From Callorhinchus milii (Eukaryota): a stretch of DNA of 64,000 nucleotides. The notes below the pieces were generated by a model. The model ran no database searches. It saw nothing but the letters and a program-made list of their open reading frames with translations, and was not told where the DNA came from. The stretch spans positions 4,216,001-4,280,000 of the forward strand of contig NW_024704746.1 of the NCBI RefSeq assembly GCF_018977255.1. The letters run 5' to 3'. This document shows positions 13,730-33,500 of the stretch, in pieces; within the stretch, counting starts at the first letter, position 1; each line of letters begins with the position of its first letter. The position numbers and the translations under genes were made by a program.

Positions 13730-13938
13730 CTTCAGCTTGTTTGTTGTCATCTATCACCTTCGTGCGCATGCGTCCCCTCAAAACCCGCCGTCACGTGAGC
13801 CTCCCACCCAGAAACCGTTGCTGAGAATGCCGGGAGTTGTAGTTCACGCTTTCAGGGGGCGGGCGCCGCCACTGCCCATAATGCAGAGCGGCCGCGCCGC
13901 CCGTTCGTCAGTCGGTGCCGCCTGGGCCGGTGGGCGCT
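13720..13938. promoter_or_regulatory. Bidirectional CpG-island promoter TMEM59/TCEANC2
   Basis: Only 209 bp separate the divergent ATGs. NRF1 TGCGCATGCG at 13763-13772; E-box/CLEAR-like GTCACGTGAG at 13790-13799; ZNF143 ACTACAACTCCC (minus strand) at 13832-13843; YY1-type AAGATGGCGGC spans the TMEM59 ATG. Confidence 0.85.
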
Positions 13939-16170
13939 ATGCGGCGGTTCCTGGTGAAGAGGCCGCAGCCTCCGGCTCAGCCCCCGGCCCAGGCCCAGGC
14001 CCCGCAGCGAGCCAAGGCCTACCGCCAGGCAACGCTCGAGTCGCTGAAGGTGAGGCCGCTGTGGTCGGGGACACCAGGAGGAGCCGCTCGTGAGAGAGAG
14101 AGCGTTACCGGGAGATACCGGTCCACCTGCACTGGCAGCAGCCCGACTGCACTCGGGGGCTTTGCCACTGCCCGTCCCCTGGCAGTGACTTAATGATGAC
14201 AATGATAATATAATTATTATCATTCTTCATAATAATCCTTGCGTTTGATACACCGCCTTCCCTTCTCTTCGAGACGTCTCGAAACGCTTCACAGGATACA
14301 CTGCAAAGTGGATTGACTGTATATTCTGTGGGTGAAGCGTAGCGGCCAATTGCGCACCACAGCGTCCCGCACACAGTCGTTGATTGAACGACCAAATTAT
14401 TATTTTTTTTTACCCGGGTAACGCTGGCTCACCAACCCACGCTCACACAATGACGGACTGCGTACCACTGACATAGCCCACACCAGCCCCACCTCCTCCC
14501 CCCGAACCCTCATCATCTCCATTTCTCTTTCTTTACTGTTTATACACAATACAATTAATATTTAGGACTCAAATTGCTTTATCCCGAGTTTTCTCCTCAA
14601 TGTCATCTCACCAGCAGCGAGTTCCACATTCTCACTACCCTCCAAAGAAGTTAGTTCCCCCTAAATATCCATATAGATCTGCTATCACATTGATGCCACA
14701 TTCTGGCCCAGTAGAGAAAATTCCTGCTGTTTTGCTGCTATCTAATATTGGGTGTTCTGTGTACAGTCAGCAGCCTTCCTGTTGATGTCACGTCCTAAAG
14801 TACAGCATTTAGTGCTCAATACTAATGGTCTGATTTTCCCTGATAGAGAGTTGTGGTGATTGAAGACATTAAGAGATTCAAATCTATGTTGGAACTGCCT
14901 GGACAAACAAAGGAAGTGTTGCTGGAAGCGTTGTTGGAATTAAAGAAAAAAATTCCCTCCCGTGAAGTGCTGATCTCAACCAAGATAGGTAATGGTCTGA
15001 ATGGTGCTTGATGACATGAAAGCAACTCGTGAACTGCTCCTATTTTGGTAGCAGTCAGCAACAAATACAGCAGCAGAGTTGATTTGGGTTGTGTTTACTA
15101 TGGTCTGTGTCTGTGTGTTCATCCTCAGGGCACACTGTGAATAAGATGCGTAAAAATTCAGACCCAGAAGTAGCCAGTCTGGCATTGGATGTTTACACCA
15201 TGTGGAAAACTTTCCTCGAAGAGAATGCAAACAAAGAATCCATAGAGGTACGAAGTGACACTACAAGTGAACTTCTTCGCAGGAATGCTCGGAAACTCTT
15301 AACTGAAGCCATGGAATTAGAGGTAAAAATAAGTGTAATTCAGCATTTTACAACATGATATTATCCTTTCCTGAAGCACCATCTTACAGAAGAGTATAAG
15401 ACCATGTTATAAAACTCCTTCAGCTATCGGCTGGGTCAGTCTGCCACAGCTTGTATCACTTGCCTCCGAGTCAGAAGGTTGTAGGTTCAAGCCCTACGAA
15501 AGGGACTTGAGCTCACTGTCTAGGGTGACCAGCACAGTATTGGTGGGAGCACTGCTTTGTTGGATGTCTTTTGGATGAGACACTAAGCTAAGCTTCTGTC
15601 TGCCTGTTCAGGTGGATGCTAAGATCCTGCATTACTTATTACAAAAGGGTGAGGAGTTTCTCCCAATGTCCTGGCCTCCAGATATATCCATGGCAGTGCT
15701 TGAGGTCTTACTCTATGCAGATGGTCGTCATGTTTTCCTGCAGAAACAAACTCATAAAAGTGCTATAAATTGGAAGTTTTTTTTTCCTGAAGCTACAGTT
15801 CTATTTGAAGGAGAGACAGTTGGATTAAGTGCAAATGTAATATTTTTTACTGCATTCAAAGCAATTAAATAATAAGTTTCTGTTATATTTTTAACGTTAA
15901 ATCCCTGCGATATGTTGTATTTGGCATTCAAAGAGCTGAAGCCCACTGGTGTAATTGTCAATCTATTTTCTTTTAAAAAAGAATGACCACCCTCTGGTTG
16001 ACAGCATTGAGCGAGAGGTTTTCCATCAGGCTTCCCGTCTAATCAGCCTCTCGTACCGCCGTACAGTGCGAGCTCTTGTTTTCACTCTGAAGCACAAGCC
16101 TGAAATACGAGAGCAAGTTATCAGCGGCAGACACCCAGTAAGAGAACTCGTCAAAAGCCACAAGAAGTGA
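13939..16170 (+). CDS. TCEANC2: Transcription elongation factor A N-terminal and central domain-containing protein 2 (211 aa, 4 coding exons)
   Basis: Exons 13939-14049 (..[10 protein letters not shown]), 14847-14988 ([34 protein letters not shown]), 15129-15322, 15982-16170 ([14 protein letters not shown]..). 636 nt in frame; head-to-head with TMEM59 as in human. Confidence 0.95.
15430..15770 (+). mobile_element. Deu-domain SINE (DeuSINE/SacSINE1-like), degraded
   Basis: tRNA-like head (GAGTCAGAAGGTTGTAGGTTCAAGCCC) followed by GTCTGCCTGTTCAGGTGGATG...GGAGTTTCTCCCAATGTCCTGGCC, which resembles the Deu domain. A related segment lies at ~37615-37710. Confidence 0.6.
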
Positions 16171-17938
16171 GGTGTTATTCACAGAATGTGAAGGTTTACA
16201 GGGACAACAGCTCAGCTCCTTTTTTTTAATTCCTGAAAGGATTGTAATGAAGCTAGATGTTTATAAATTTTTATAAATGTGCTGATGGTTACAACAGTAC
16301 GTCAGTACTGATTGCAATTGGGTACAAAAGTTACAACGATTTCAGTGCAACAGAAACTTCTGGAAGAAAGGGGACCCGTCACTGATGCATTCACAACAGA
16401 GAAGTGAGAAAGCGTCATGACCAAGAATTCTAATATTCTGTGAACAGGAATCTATTTATGTTTGTAATCATTCTTCACATCACGCTGCCTGGAGCCTGAG
16501 CTGTGACATCTGGGGACTTGTGCGGTCTCAGGTGGATGCTGATTGAAGTTCATTGAATATCCATCAGATGGTGCTGCAGGTTGATGTGTTAAGCTGACGG
16601 CTGTTTTATATAACTTGACGGTTGACTTTTTTTAAAACTAAGTTTTGATCATTGCTCATTCTACAACAACTAGTGACTCTGCTTTGAACTTGAACACATT
16701 TCCCACTTCTGTTGTATAAAGCACAGAGGTTGGGACCTCCTCCTGACGTGAAAGACAGCATAAGACAAACATAATTTTGTATTGTATTTTGTATTGTAAA
16801 CACTCACTGGTTTTCTTTCTCTCAGATGCTCTGTTTTGTTTAGAGATTGAGATAACACTTTGCAAGATGGACCAGTTGCAAATTAAGTTTACAATTTAAA
16901 ACAACTTGTCCGGTTATTATGTACAAATTGATTCTGGATTTTCAAAAGTAATAATACTTGCATTTGATATAACGCCTTATCACGACTTTGAAGCGCTTCA
17001 CAGAATACACTGTAAAGTGAATTGACTGTATTTTATATATAAAAGTAAAAATATTAAAGTGAGAACAGACATTTTCTGCATTGTGTGAGTGACACTGCGA
17101 CAGGTAGAACCCTAGCAATGTACAACACATGAGAAGACCTCCTGTCCTGTCATCTGCCATGTAGTTACTGTTCCTCCAAGCAGCCCTGTATCCTAACTGA
17201 CCCCAATACATGTAGTTGTGTTAATGCTGAGTTATGTCAAACATAGCAAAATCATTACTTTCAATTTGTAACACTGATCATGTTTCATGATAGAAATCCA
17301 GGAATGATTTCATAACTCAGGCTAAATGATAGACCATTAATCACACAGCCTAATTTGATATTCAAATAAGTTAAGGCTTCAGTCTACAAATATACCTACC
17401 TCACTGGGCTTTAGAGGATTTCAAAGACAAGATTAGTCAAGAACTACTGGTTGGTTTAAAAGCCTGTATTTGTGGAGAGAGGAGTTCCCACAATTTTGTA
17501 GCCTGGAAAGAGTGAGTTTGAGAGGAAATTGAGGTTTGAATACAATGCAATGTGGGGGGGGAGAAAGCATGTGGAAATTGTGAGGGTTAAGGAACATTTG
17601 GAGGAGCAATGAGAAGTTCCAAATAAGAGAGAAGAGGCCTGAGGTGAGGGAAGATCACCTATTGAACGAGCAGCTGTGTATTGTCTTGTATCTGTATGAC
17701 AGGAAGGTGCCTTAAGAGCTTACGAGAACAGTATTCAAGACATGGATAAAATTGATGAAATATTTCTCAGTAAGAAGTCATGAGCTAAGTAGAGAGAAAA
17801 CAGCACACAGACCAGTCATTCAGAGAAACTGGTGAGAAATAGTCACCGTCTGCTTTTCAGAATGACCTTACAGCTGTTTCACTTGATTGGTTGACACTCA
17901 AACATCAATGGAAGCTCGCGCTGTGGCCTGAGGGTCGG

Positions 17939-23950
<6,012 letters not shown>

Positions 23951-26139
23951 CGCTCTGTTATGTGTTAATGACTGGGAAAACCCAGGCAGGAAAAGAAGAT
24001 TTGACGTTATTTTAGCAGGAAGATAGGAAGCAGAGCACACTGCGCTCACTGTCGAATTAATCGTGACATCAATTATTCAGCGCAGGTTTGAATTAGGAAC
24101 TTGATCTGGCGCTTGCTTCCTTCAATAAATTTTAATGGGTGGATCCAGTGTCTTTCTTGTAATCTACGGCTGCAACATGGACTTAAATATTTCCTTTGCT
24201 CAAATCCCAAACATTACCGTGTGAATGTAGCGCTGGCGAGGTTAATTCATTACTTCACGAAGAATTCAGTATTGTTGATTCCCCCAGTCTCATGGTTGTT
24301 TGTCAAGTTAAACCAACGGGTAGAGAAGCTGAAAGGCTTTGAGATGCTTGCAGAGGGAAGCCTTTATCACAATAGTAACCCTGACTTCTGATACAGCAAC
24401 TTATCACATTGAAACGTCCGGAAGCGCTCCAGAGATACCTGCTGTCAGGTGCGTTCAAAGCCAAACACTTTGTGTATGGCAAGGTTCCACAAACAGCTGT
24501 GAAGTGAATGATAGATTAATCCTGAAGGATTGTTCATCAGGACGATCCTTCTCTTTTCCAACAGTGTTGTGAGATCCTGAACACACCTGAATACATGTAC
24601 ACACCAGCCACTCTGTCCACGCTTAGACTCAGAAGTAACTTTTCAACTCAATGCTTTATTTATTTTTGTTTAATTTATGATGAGATTTACAAAAGCTGCC
24701 AAAAATAGCTATGAGAACCTCCAGAGACACAATTCGAGGTCGATTTCAGGAACATCAGAGCAAAAAAGCCTTTTAGTGGTTTGAAATTTATCCCAGATCT
24801 GGCTCAGAGCTCGCTATTATACACATCAACAATTCCATCAGCAAAATACACAGTCGATTCACTTTACAATTTATTCTGTGAAGCGCATGGAGACGTCTCA
24901 ACAATGTGATAAGGTGCTGTCTCAAATGCAAGGATTATTATTATGATGGCATGATGTCTGAACAATTAATACACTCAGAAAAACTGAAAGTGTCAATAAT
25001 GGCGTGATGGGAGAGATGTGAGCTGGGGCACAGCTGAAGAGGATGGTGCAGTGAAGAGTTTACACAATTGCATGTGAGGAGCAACATAGATGTCTTCAGC
25101 CCCTTGTCGGCACACACCCCACGTAAATCCTTTACTCCCCTCAGGTGTTTATTTTGCTGACTAAACCTAAGAGCGACGAGAGACTGAGCAAAGACCGGCC
25201 TCGGAGAAACAGCTAATAATATCCCCCGTTTACACTAATGATTTATTGTACTCAGGAAATGTTTCTGTGGAAATGCTGAGACATTATCCTGAGGGGAGAC
25301 AGAGAGAAAAGCACCCACGTGCGGTGCAGTCTCTCCACTGATCCAGTAATTGATCGATCCTGTAACTGAATCTAATGACCACACCCTGGCAACCAGCACT
25401 TGTGTGTGTCCTATATTCAGAAATGACTGAGATCGGTCGTGAATATCAGCCTCACGAGATCAGCCATGCCTTCCAGGTTGCAACAACTACTTACATTCAT
25501 GTAGCGCCGTTCACGCGGAGTAGCGTCCTGAGCGCTAAAGGTTACTGTGTACACGGTCCGAGGATATTCTTTTTTCTGCCCAGATGAGGGAAATCAGTAA
25601 AGTCTCCAAAGCCACTGACTATCCCAGAGACAGCAGGCAGTAACCCAAGGCCACACTTTTGGCCATCTTCCTGCCCCACCCTATCTTCAGCTCCCAACCT
25701 GGATGCCTGGCCATTAACCTGAAGAGCTTTGAGATGTCCTCCCAACATGAAAGGTGCCGTATAAACATAGACTGTGTATTGCATAGCATTGTAATCTGCT
25801 AACGTTGCATTTGCAGGTATTGCAATGAAATAACTCCATCTGTGGACAGCCCCGCCACACACATAGCCCCCCACACACACACAGCCCCCACCACACATAC
25901 ACACACATACAATTTATGCTGCCCCTGAACCCCTTGGCTGTGTTGGGGTCTTGGCAAAAAGATACGAGGCTTCAACTTGCACCTTGGCCCGTCTGCCACA
26001 AGGCATTTCCTTCATCCCCGGTCAGCACAGCAGCCAGACTGGGGATGGTGGGCGCCCGTCAACCACAGAGCCTTTGTGTTGGGGCAGCGCTGTTACAGAT
26101 GAGTTTGCACTCACTCTGTAGCTGTGAGGCTGGAATTAC

Positions 26140-28931
26140 CTAAAACATGAAGTAACGGTCCTCCGAAAAGCCGAGGCGTTGAAGGTAGTTGATGACATCT
26201 TTGCAGAACATTACAGAACCGCAGATGACCATGAAGGGTTCCCGTCGGCAGCCAGTTACACACCTGCTGATGGTTTCTATGTCCAGCCGGCCACACTGAA
26301 CCTTCTCCCGGTAACTCCAGGGCACAGTCTCAGGCGCCATCTCCTAAGCACAAGTTTAAAATATATCAGTGTAAACATCAGAGATGCTTTTAAGCTGAAC
26401 AAGAAGCATTGAGCTCCACCAGATTAGTCTCTTTGCTTATAAGTAACTGTTGCAAGTCAGGAGAACTTTTCGACTGACTCCAGAGGCAGGAGCGGACTGG
26501 GGTCTGGTGAGGATGGTTCTAGTGTGTGGAGCCTGGTGAGGATGGTTATGGTATGAAGTGGATCTTGTAAAGTGGTTCATCTTGTGTGCAAGGTGCTGGA
26601 CACTTACAAGCTGCTCAGATACAAGGTTGTCTTTAGGGCCTTTTCTGAGCCTCACACTGATAGCTCACCTCGCTCAAGACAAACTGTGTCCTTATGTTCC
26701 AGTAGGCCGCCAGCTCCTGCAGGCGCGGCTTCAGGTAAACCTCGGGGAATGTGCGGCAGCAGCACACCACATCCACAAAGGTCTCATCCTCCTCATTGTC
26801 CACGATGGACTGAAGCAGGGGCAACATTGGTGTCACCCCAGTGCCTGAGGCCAGGAGCAGCAGCTGCTCGTACTTCAGGGAACAAAACACAGAGCATCTA
26901 TCAGCCCCCAAGGCAACAAGCAAACAATAATCCTGTCCTTCTTATAGCACAACTTCAAAAAGTCCCAAACCACTTCATAGGCAATTGTTACCATCTTCTT
27001 AAAGTAATACTAATAATCCTTGCATTTGATATGGCGCCTTATCATGTCTTTTAGACGTCTCAAAGTGCTTCACAGAAAATACTGTAAAGTGAATTGAATG
27101 TATGTTTGGTGGGCGAAACGCGGCAGCTAAATTATTATTCTTTTCTGGAAGGGATTATTATCCTCAGAAAAGTGATCCACCAATCAATTAACAACCAGGT
27201 TCCTATTTACTGCTAGGTAAACTGAGGTGTGTGGAGTATTGAAACACGCCCAACATTTCGCCCTGCCCGGGAATCGTACCCAGGTCTTCTCACTTGCTAA
27301 AAGACTCCACGGGACTCTAAGTGGGGAGAAAAGCGGGGCTTGCTTGGAGTTGAGCTGTTAGTAACGTCACATTTGAGTCTACCCTCTGTGACAGTCTCTC
27401 GTCCAGTTCCTGAGCTAAGCGGCTCTGCAGTATTCCAGCGCAGTGCTGATGACAGTCCAGTCCTTTGGCAGAACCTGGAAGGGCAGACCAGTCACTGGGA
27501 TCAAGGAATCCTTCCACTCAGCTCCTTCCTGACCTGCACCTAAAACGCTTCAGAAGTAAGTAAACAAGGTGGATTCCTCCTTTTTTCTAAAAGATCTTTA
27601 ATGACCACAACAATAAACAGATGGGACTTAGGTTTAACATCACATTCAAAGCATGGTCCGTAACCCTACGCTCTGACAATGCAGCGCTCCCCACTACTGC
27701 ACTGCATTGTCAGTCACTGGGACTTTAAAGTTCCCCAATAGAGCTTGAGCCCACAACCTTCTGCCCCAGTGGTGAGGTTTGTATGACTGAGCCAGGCTGG
27801 CAGCTGCCTATTTGACCCTGACAGTCAGGCACAGCAGGAAGCAAGTAATTGCTCCTCATTATGATCTGAACACAAGCAGGAGAACGGACCTGATTTGGTT
27901 TGTAGGGAAATCCACCGAATGGGCCGCGCCATTGCACAGTCGTCCCTTCCTTCCAGGTCCTCACATACTGCGACATCAGCCCCTCCTCGTACAGCTGAAG
28001 GACAAAAGGTGATTATGATTTAACAGAATCTGCCGCAGCGAGCACTCAGTCAACAACAACATCATCATCTTGCATTTGCACAGCGCATTTCATACAGGGC
28101 AGCATCTTGGCACTCTTAACACTGGCGGAGCCTGACTCCGAGCCGGGGGGAGGGAGGAGGTGACCGTAAGCACTGTCTCGAAGAGGAAGGTCTTCAGTCG
28201 TGATCTAAATGAGGCGAAGGAGAGGGCATGGCGGAGGGATTGGGGGAGAGAGTCACAGCTTCCTACCTTTATGAGAACTTCAAAGTAACCTTCAGCATGG
28301 AGTGGGCTGACTGGGGTGTAGGCTCTCTGAATCTCCAGATCGTTCACCGTTCCCCTGCCAGAAAATCAGAGACAGGTCTGACAGGTATGGGTTAAATATT
28401 CACTGTCTTAGCACCTCAAGTGCTAGCTCTGCATTGACCACAGTACAATGTGCTTCCCCACATTCAGCTCCAAAAACTGACCTCAGTACAATGTGCTGCC
28501 CCACACTCAGCCCCAGGCGGCGGCCTATGGGTAGCTGTAACCTGTACAGTGAAGTATCCACTGTTTGCTGTTCCACCCTCACCACCTGGAAGCTGCTCCA
28601 TCGCTCGGCTCCGATCACCTGCACTGGGTCAGACTCTGCCTGGCGTCAAACACAAAACAACATGTTCTTGACTCAACAATAGTTATTTAAATAGCATCCT
28701 CTCGGCAGGGTAGCGTCTCAGTGGCTTCCCTCATCCGCTCACTCCAATACGCACGCTCACCTCACTCTCGCCAGTGAGTTGCTCACGATCATCACATGCC
28801 TTTGCATGCTCCCATCGCTCCAGCTGCCGGGCGTAAATATCAAAGACACACGGTTTGCAGCCGCTGCCACAGCATTGGCCAGGTAACGGCTCCTGGGGGC
28901 GAAGGGACTCCCAGTCATCAGCCATCACCAT
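26140..28931 (-). CDS. CYB5RL: NADH-cytochrome b5 reductase-like (~309 aa, 6 coding exons)
   Basis: Exons 28931-28761 (oxidoreductase-like N domain PLPGQCCGSGCKPCVFD), 28639-28482, 28354-28267 (FAD motif RAYTPVS), 27994-27890 (GLMSQY..WRGPFG), 26872-26669 (LASGTGVTPM), 26343-26140 (ICGS..DRYFMF*). Probable noncoding exon 1 with donor at 30104. Confidence 0.95.
27005..27310 (-). mobile_element. tRNA-derived SINE copy
   Basis: Same family consensus, in a CYB5RL intron. Confidence 0.8.
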
Positions 28932-30279
28932 CCTGCTGAACAGCACACAAACACATCAGCCATCACCAACCTGTTGAAAACCACACAAACACACACTGTT
29001 GGATATCCTCTGCAAATTTCCCGCAGTTACAGTGTACCCCAAACCAAAGCTTCGACTACAAGTTTTGGGAGAAAGCCTTTCACTTTGTTTTCCTGTCTTC
29101 AAAACCCTTCCATCAAATATAAGGATAATTATATATTGCACGCTTAAATGCTATCATAATCCTTAACTTTGATATAGCACCTCTCACTTTGCAGGATATA
29201 CTGCAAAGTGGAGTGACTATATTTTGTAGGGAATTGGGGAAGTCTTCATATTCCCCATCCTATCTAATATAATATCATTATTATCCTATCATTATTATCC
29301 TATCTGGGACGCTACTCTGCGTGAGGGGCACTAGGGGCAAGTTGTTGTTGTCCCACCATCAGCAAGAGTGCTTTCAGCCTCTGCCCCTGCTCTCTGGAAT
29401 TCTATCCTGGAGTCCCTCCCTCTGACTTACCCCCATCCTCACCTTATTAAATGTCCATCTCAAGACTTGCCTCCTTGAACGTCCCTTGATCGTCTTTCCC
29501 CCCCACCCTCCCGCCCATCACTTCTTAGCTACCACCCCCAGCTCGGGTGCCAAGACCTCCTGGCGTGAGCAGTATTGCACCAATGTAATTTTGCAGGCAA
29601 AACCCTTCGTCCTCTCTTCACTGATTCCCATTATCTCTGCGTAGAGTTTGGTGAAATTCATCCGACGTGAAAGCTACAGTTGTTCCGATCAGTTTTGGTC
29701 CTTCCCACCCCTTCTCCCTTGGGTGTGTTGACACCTGCTCGAGGGGATGGTCTCACCGACAGACTCTGCCCTGCTCAGGGTCGCAGAGGTCTGCCGTGGG
29801 AGCGCACGGCAGGTCCTGCCCGCTCACCCGTCAAAAGCGACTAAAAAAAAAAGCACGGAGCCGGCTGGCGATTTTATTTCAACTTTGCTTTTTCGGGGCG
29901 GTTTGCGGGACACCGCGGTGCGCAATTGGCTGTCACGTTTCGCTGCAGAAAACAGGCAGTCACTCCACTTTGCGGTATAGCCTGTGAAGCGTATTGACCG
30001 TCTGACCGCCCTGACCAGGCGCTGCATCCAATGTCAGGATTATTACAATTAAAGATGAAATCCAACCCTGTAATATCCTGTGGCAACAGGACCGACAGCC
30101 TCACCTGCCAGGGTTTGCCCTCCTGGCGCTGAGCTCAGCTTCACATGCACGTCAACGAGGTGACGAGCGTCCGGCCTGGGCTTGGCCCGGTCCCTGGCTA
30201 TCCCGCGGTCTGGGCCTGTCCCCGCGGTGTCGGTGCTGTTGTCCCGGTGTTTCCCTGTCCTGAGTGGGTGGCTCAAGGA

Positions 30280-30515
30280 GCTGCAGCTTCTGTCAATCTC
30301 ACTTCTGTCCCGCCCTCCCCGGATGCCCATTGGCTTATCCGTATGTCACCGGGAGTTGATTGGTCAGATTGGCCGTCACTCGCGGGCGGGGATCACTCCC
30401 ATGGTGCCGCGCGCGGGTCAGTTGCCACAGCAACGGCCGGGCCTAGTACGGCTCTTGAAGCCTGCGATTCGCCGTCATGTGGAGCTCGACGGCGGCGACA
30501 GTAGCGGCCGGCGCA
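30280..30515. promoter_or_regulatory. Bidirectional CpG-island promoter CYB5RL/MRPL37
   Basis: CpG-rich. Three ATTGG (reverse CCAAT) boxes at ~30329, 30359 and 30368; RFX X-box-like GTTGCCACAGCAAC at 30421-30434. Lies between divergent genes. Confidence 0.75.
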
Positions 30516-33500
30516 ATGCCCCTGGCCTCAAGCCGGCGGCTTCTGAGTGTCTCGGCGGCTGTGCGCGCCCGCACGCCGCATCCCCGGAGGGAGGTCCCGG
30601 AGGTGCAGATCCCCGGGCTGGAGCCCGTCACCTACTGGGACAGGATGCACTTTGTGCCGGGCTTGGCGCACCCCACGGGGCCGGCCTGGGACCGCGGCTG
30701 GAAGGACCCGCGCCGCTACCGGGGCCCCAAGATCGAGGAGATGGCACTGTACAAGGAGAGGCCCTGTCACATCTTCAACCAGCGGACGAAAATGCTGGAA
30801 GGTGAAGCAGCGAGAGCCTGAGGCCGGGATTGGGAGTGAGGTGGTGTGTCAGGGTGGATTGACCAGCTGGACAGTGGGTACATAGGAACAGGAGGAGGCC
30901 ATTCAGCCCCTCCAGCCAGTTGCGCCATTCTATTTAGATCACAGCTGATCTGCACCTCAACACCAATAATCCCCGTTGCCCGATATCCCTGAATACCCAG
31001 AACTAACAAAACATCTGCCCACCTCAGTCTTGACAAAGCGAATGGATCCAGGCACAGTCCACCGCCTTTTGGTCGAGAGGGTTCAAGATTTCCACTCCCC
31101 TTTGAGCGAAAAAGGGGCACCTTGGAACAGGAGTAGGTCTGTTCCGTCATTCTATAAGATGATGGCTGATCTGTACCTCCAATCCAATTACCCGCCCTTT
31201 TCCCTGCGGGTATTTGCAGGAACTCCATCCCGCAAAAGGGTTAGAGTACAAGAGGAGGGAAGTCTTGCTGCAGTTGTATAATTCCTTGGTGAGACCGCAA
31301 CTAGAATATTGTGTTCAGTTTTGTTCTCCTTATTTAAGAAAGGACATACTTCTCTGAGAGGGGGTCCAGCATAGATTCACTAGGTTGGTTCCTGGGATGA
31401 GGGGATTGACCTATTAGGATAGGTTGAGTAAATTAGGCCTATATTCTACAGAATATAGAAGAATTAGAGGTGATTTTATAGAAACCTATAAGATTCTTAA
31501 GGGTCTTGACAGGGTAGATGTCGTGCGACTGTTTCCCCTGGTTGGAGAATCTAAATCTAGGGGTCATAGTCTCAAAATTAATCGTCAGCCTTTTTGAACT
31601 GAGTTGAGAAGGGAATTCTCTACCTCAGCAGGCTGTGGATGCTCAGTCCTTGAACCTATTCAAGACTGAGCTTGATACATTTCTAAAGGATAGAGGGCTT
31701 AAGGGATATGGGAATAGGGCAGATAAATGGAATTAGGTTAGAAGATCAGCCATGATCTTATGAAATGGCGGGGCAGGCTCGAGGGGCCTAATGGCCTACT
31801 CCTGCTCCTTATGTCTTATGGTCTCTTCGACCGTGCTTTCGTTCACCCTGCTTCCCCAACCTGCCCTCCACCTTCACCAATCCTGACCCCCAGTTCGGGT
31901 CCGAAACGCAGACTGTCCAGCGCCTTGGGACGACCTCCTGACGTGAAAAGCGGTATACAAATAAAATGTTGTTGTTGTTTTATGTTTCACTACAGGTGTC
32001 AAACAAGCTCTTTGGTTGACAAAGTCCAAGCTGGTCGAGGGGCTTCCTGCACAGATCCTGAGAATAGCTGAAGATCCCGCCAATCGCATTGAGGAGCAGG
32101 ACGAGCGCGTTCAGGAGGCGATCAACCGCGCTCGCTTTTGGATCACCACCGAAATCCGTCCCAAGAGAGATCGCTTCAGGTGAGCTGCCCTTCAGGCAGG
32201 CTCAGTGTTGGTCATTGGTGCTGGGCAGTTGCTAAGAGTGTCCAGTGCGTCCCTTTATCCTATAATAATAAAGTGTTTCGCCCACAAATAAACGGTCAAT
32301 TCACTTTACAGTCTATTCTGTGAAGCGCTTTGAGATGTCGAGGAGACGTGAAAAGCGCTATATCAAATGCAAGGATTATTATTATATTTATATGTAATAA
32401 TAATCTTTACATTCTTTTCGTGTCAATGGGGAATCCCAAACGATTCACGGGATTCACTGTAAAGTTTAGTGACTGTTAGTCTGCCAACGCAGCAGCCAAT
32501 CTGCACACAGCGACATCTAAAATAATCTAATGATCCCTCTAAAACAAAAAACAGTAATAAATTGGTCACTTTCAATCCACGACTGTTTGTGGGACACTGC
32601 TGTGCGCAATTGGTGCCGCATTTCACCCACAAATATACGGTCAGTTCACCTTATAACATATTCTGTGAAGCGCTTTTAGACGTCGAGAAGACATGAAAAG
32701 CGCTATATCAAATGCAAGGATTAGTATTATTATTATTAATATCTCACAAGCACCCTGGAGATTGTTGGCCAGGACACTGGGAATCCCAATGTGAACCCAC
32801 AGCCTCCTGTCTCAGAGGCCAGAGTACTGCTGACTAAGTCGGACTGGCACCAAAATAATATTTCTACAAGTTCTTTGTGATTCTCACACAGTAGTAAAAA
32901 ACTGAAATGAATTCCACACTGCCGTACCTCTCACTCTCCTCAATTTCTTCACCAAATAGCAACTTCCTTCTTGATCTCACAGTCTGCCTCCCTGGTTTGT
33001 CTATTCTACACACTCACCGACTATGTAGAGTAATTAAATCTGAACAGCCTGTTCATCTTCCCTCTTCTGAATTTGAGTCAATGTTCCCTTGTGGTAGACT
33101 TTGTGACCATATTAAGACTCAATTTCCTATGTGAATAAAACAACATTTACATTTACACAGCGTTTTTCATTTCGGGAGGACGACCCAAGGAGCTGGACAG
33201 TCAGGGATTTGGACCCAAGTTGGGATCAGGAGGGATGGAGGGCAGGAAGGCAAGGGGTAGGAGGGTGGCTGTAGTCGCGGTCAAAGAGGAGGGTCTTGAG
33301 ACATATCTTAAAGGAGGCAAGGAAAAGAGCAAGGCAAAGGGACTGTGGAATGGAGTTCCAAAGGTTGGAGGCAGAGAGGCTGAAAGCAGTGTTACTCATT
33401 GATTGCAGGGTGCCCAGACTGCTTAGCTGTGGGTATTAATCCACACCCTGATACAGTCGTGCTGCAGTTTCCTCAATTAAACTTCTCAATGCTTTTCTCT

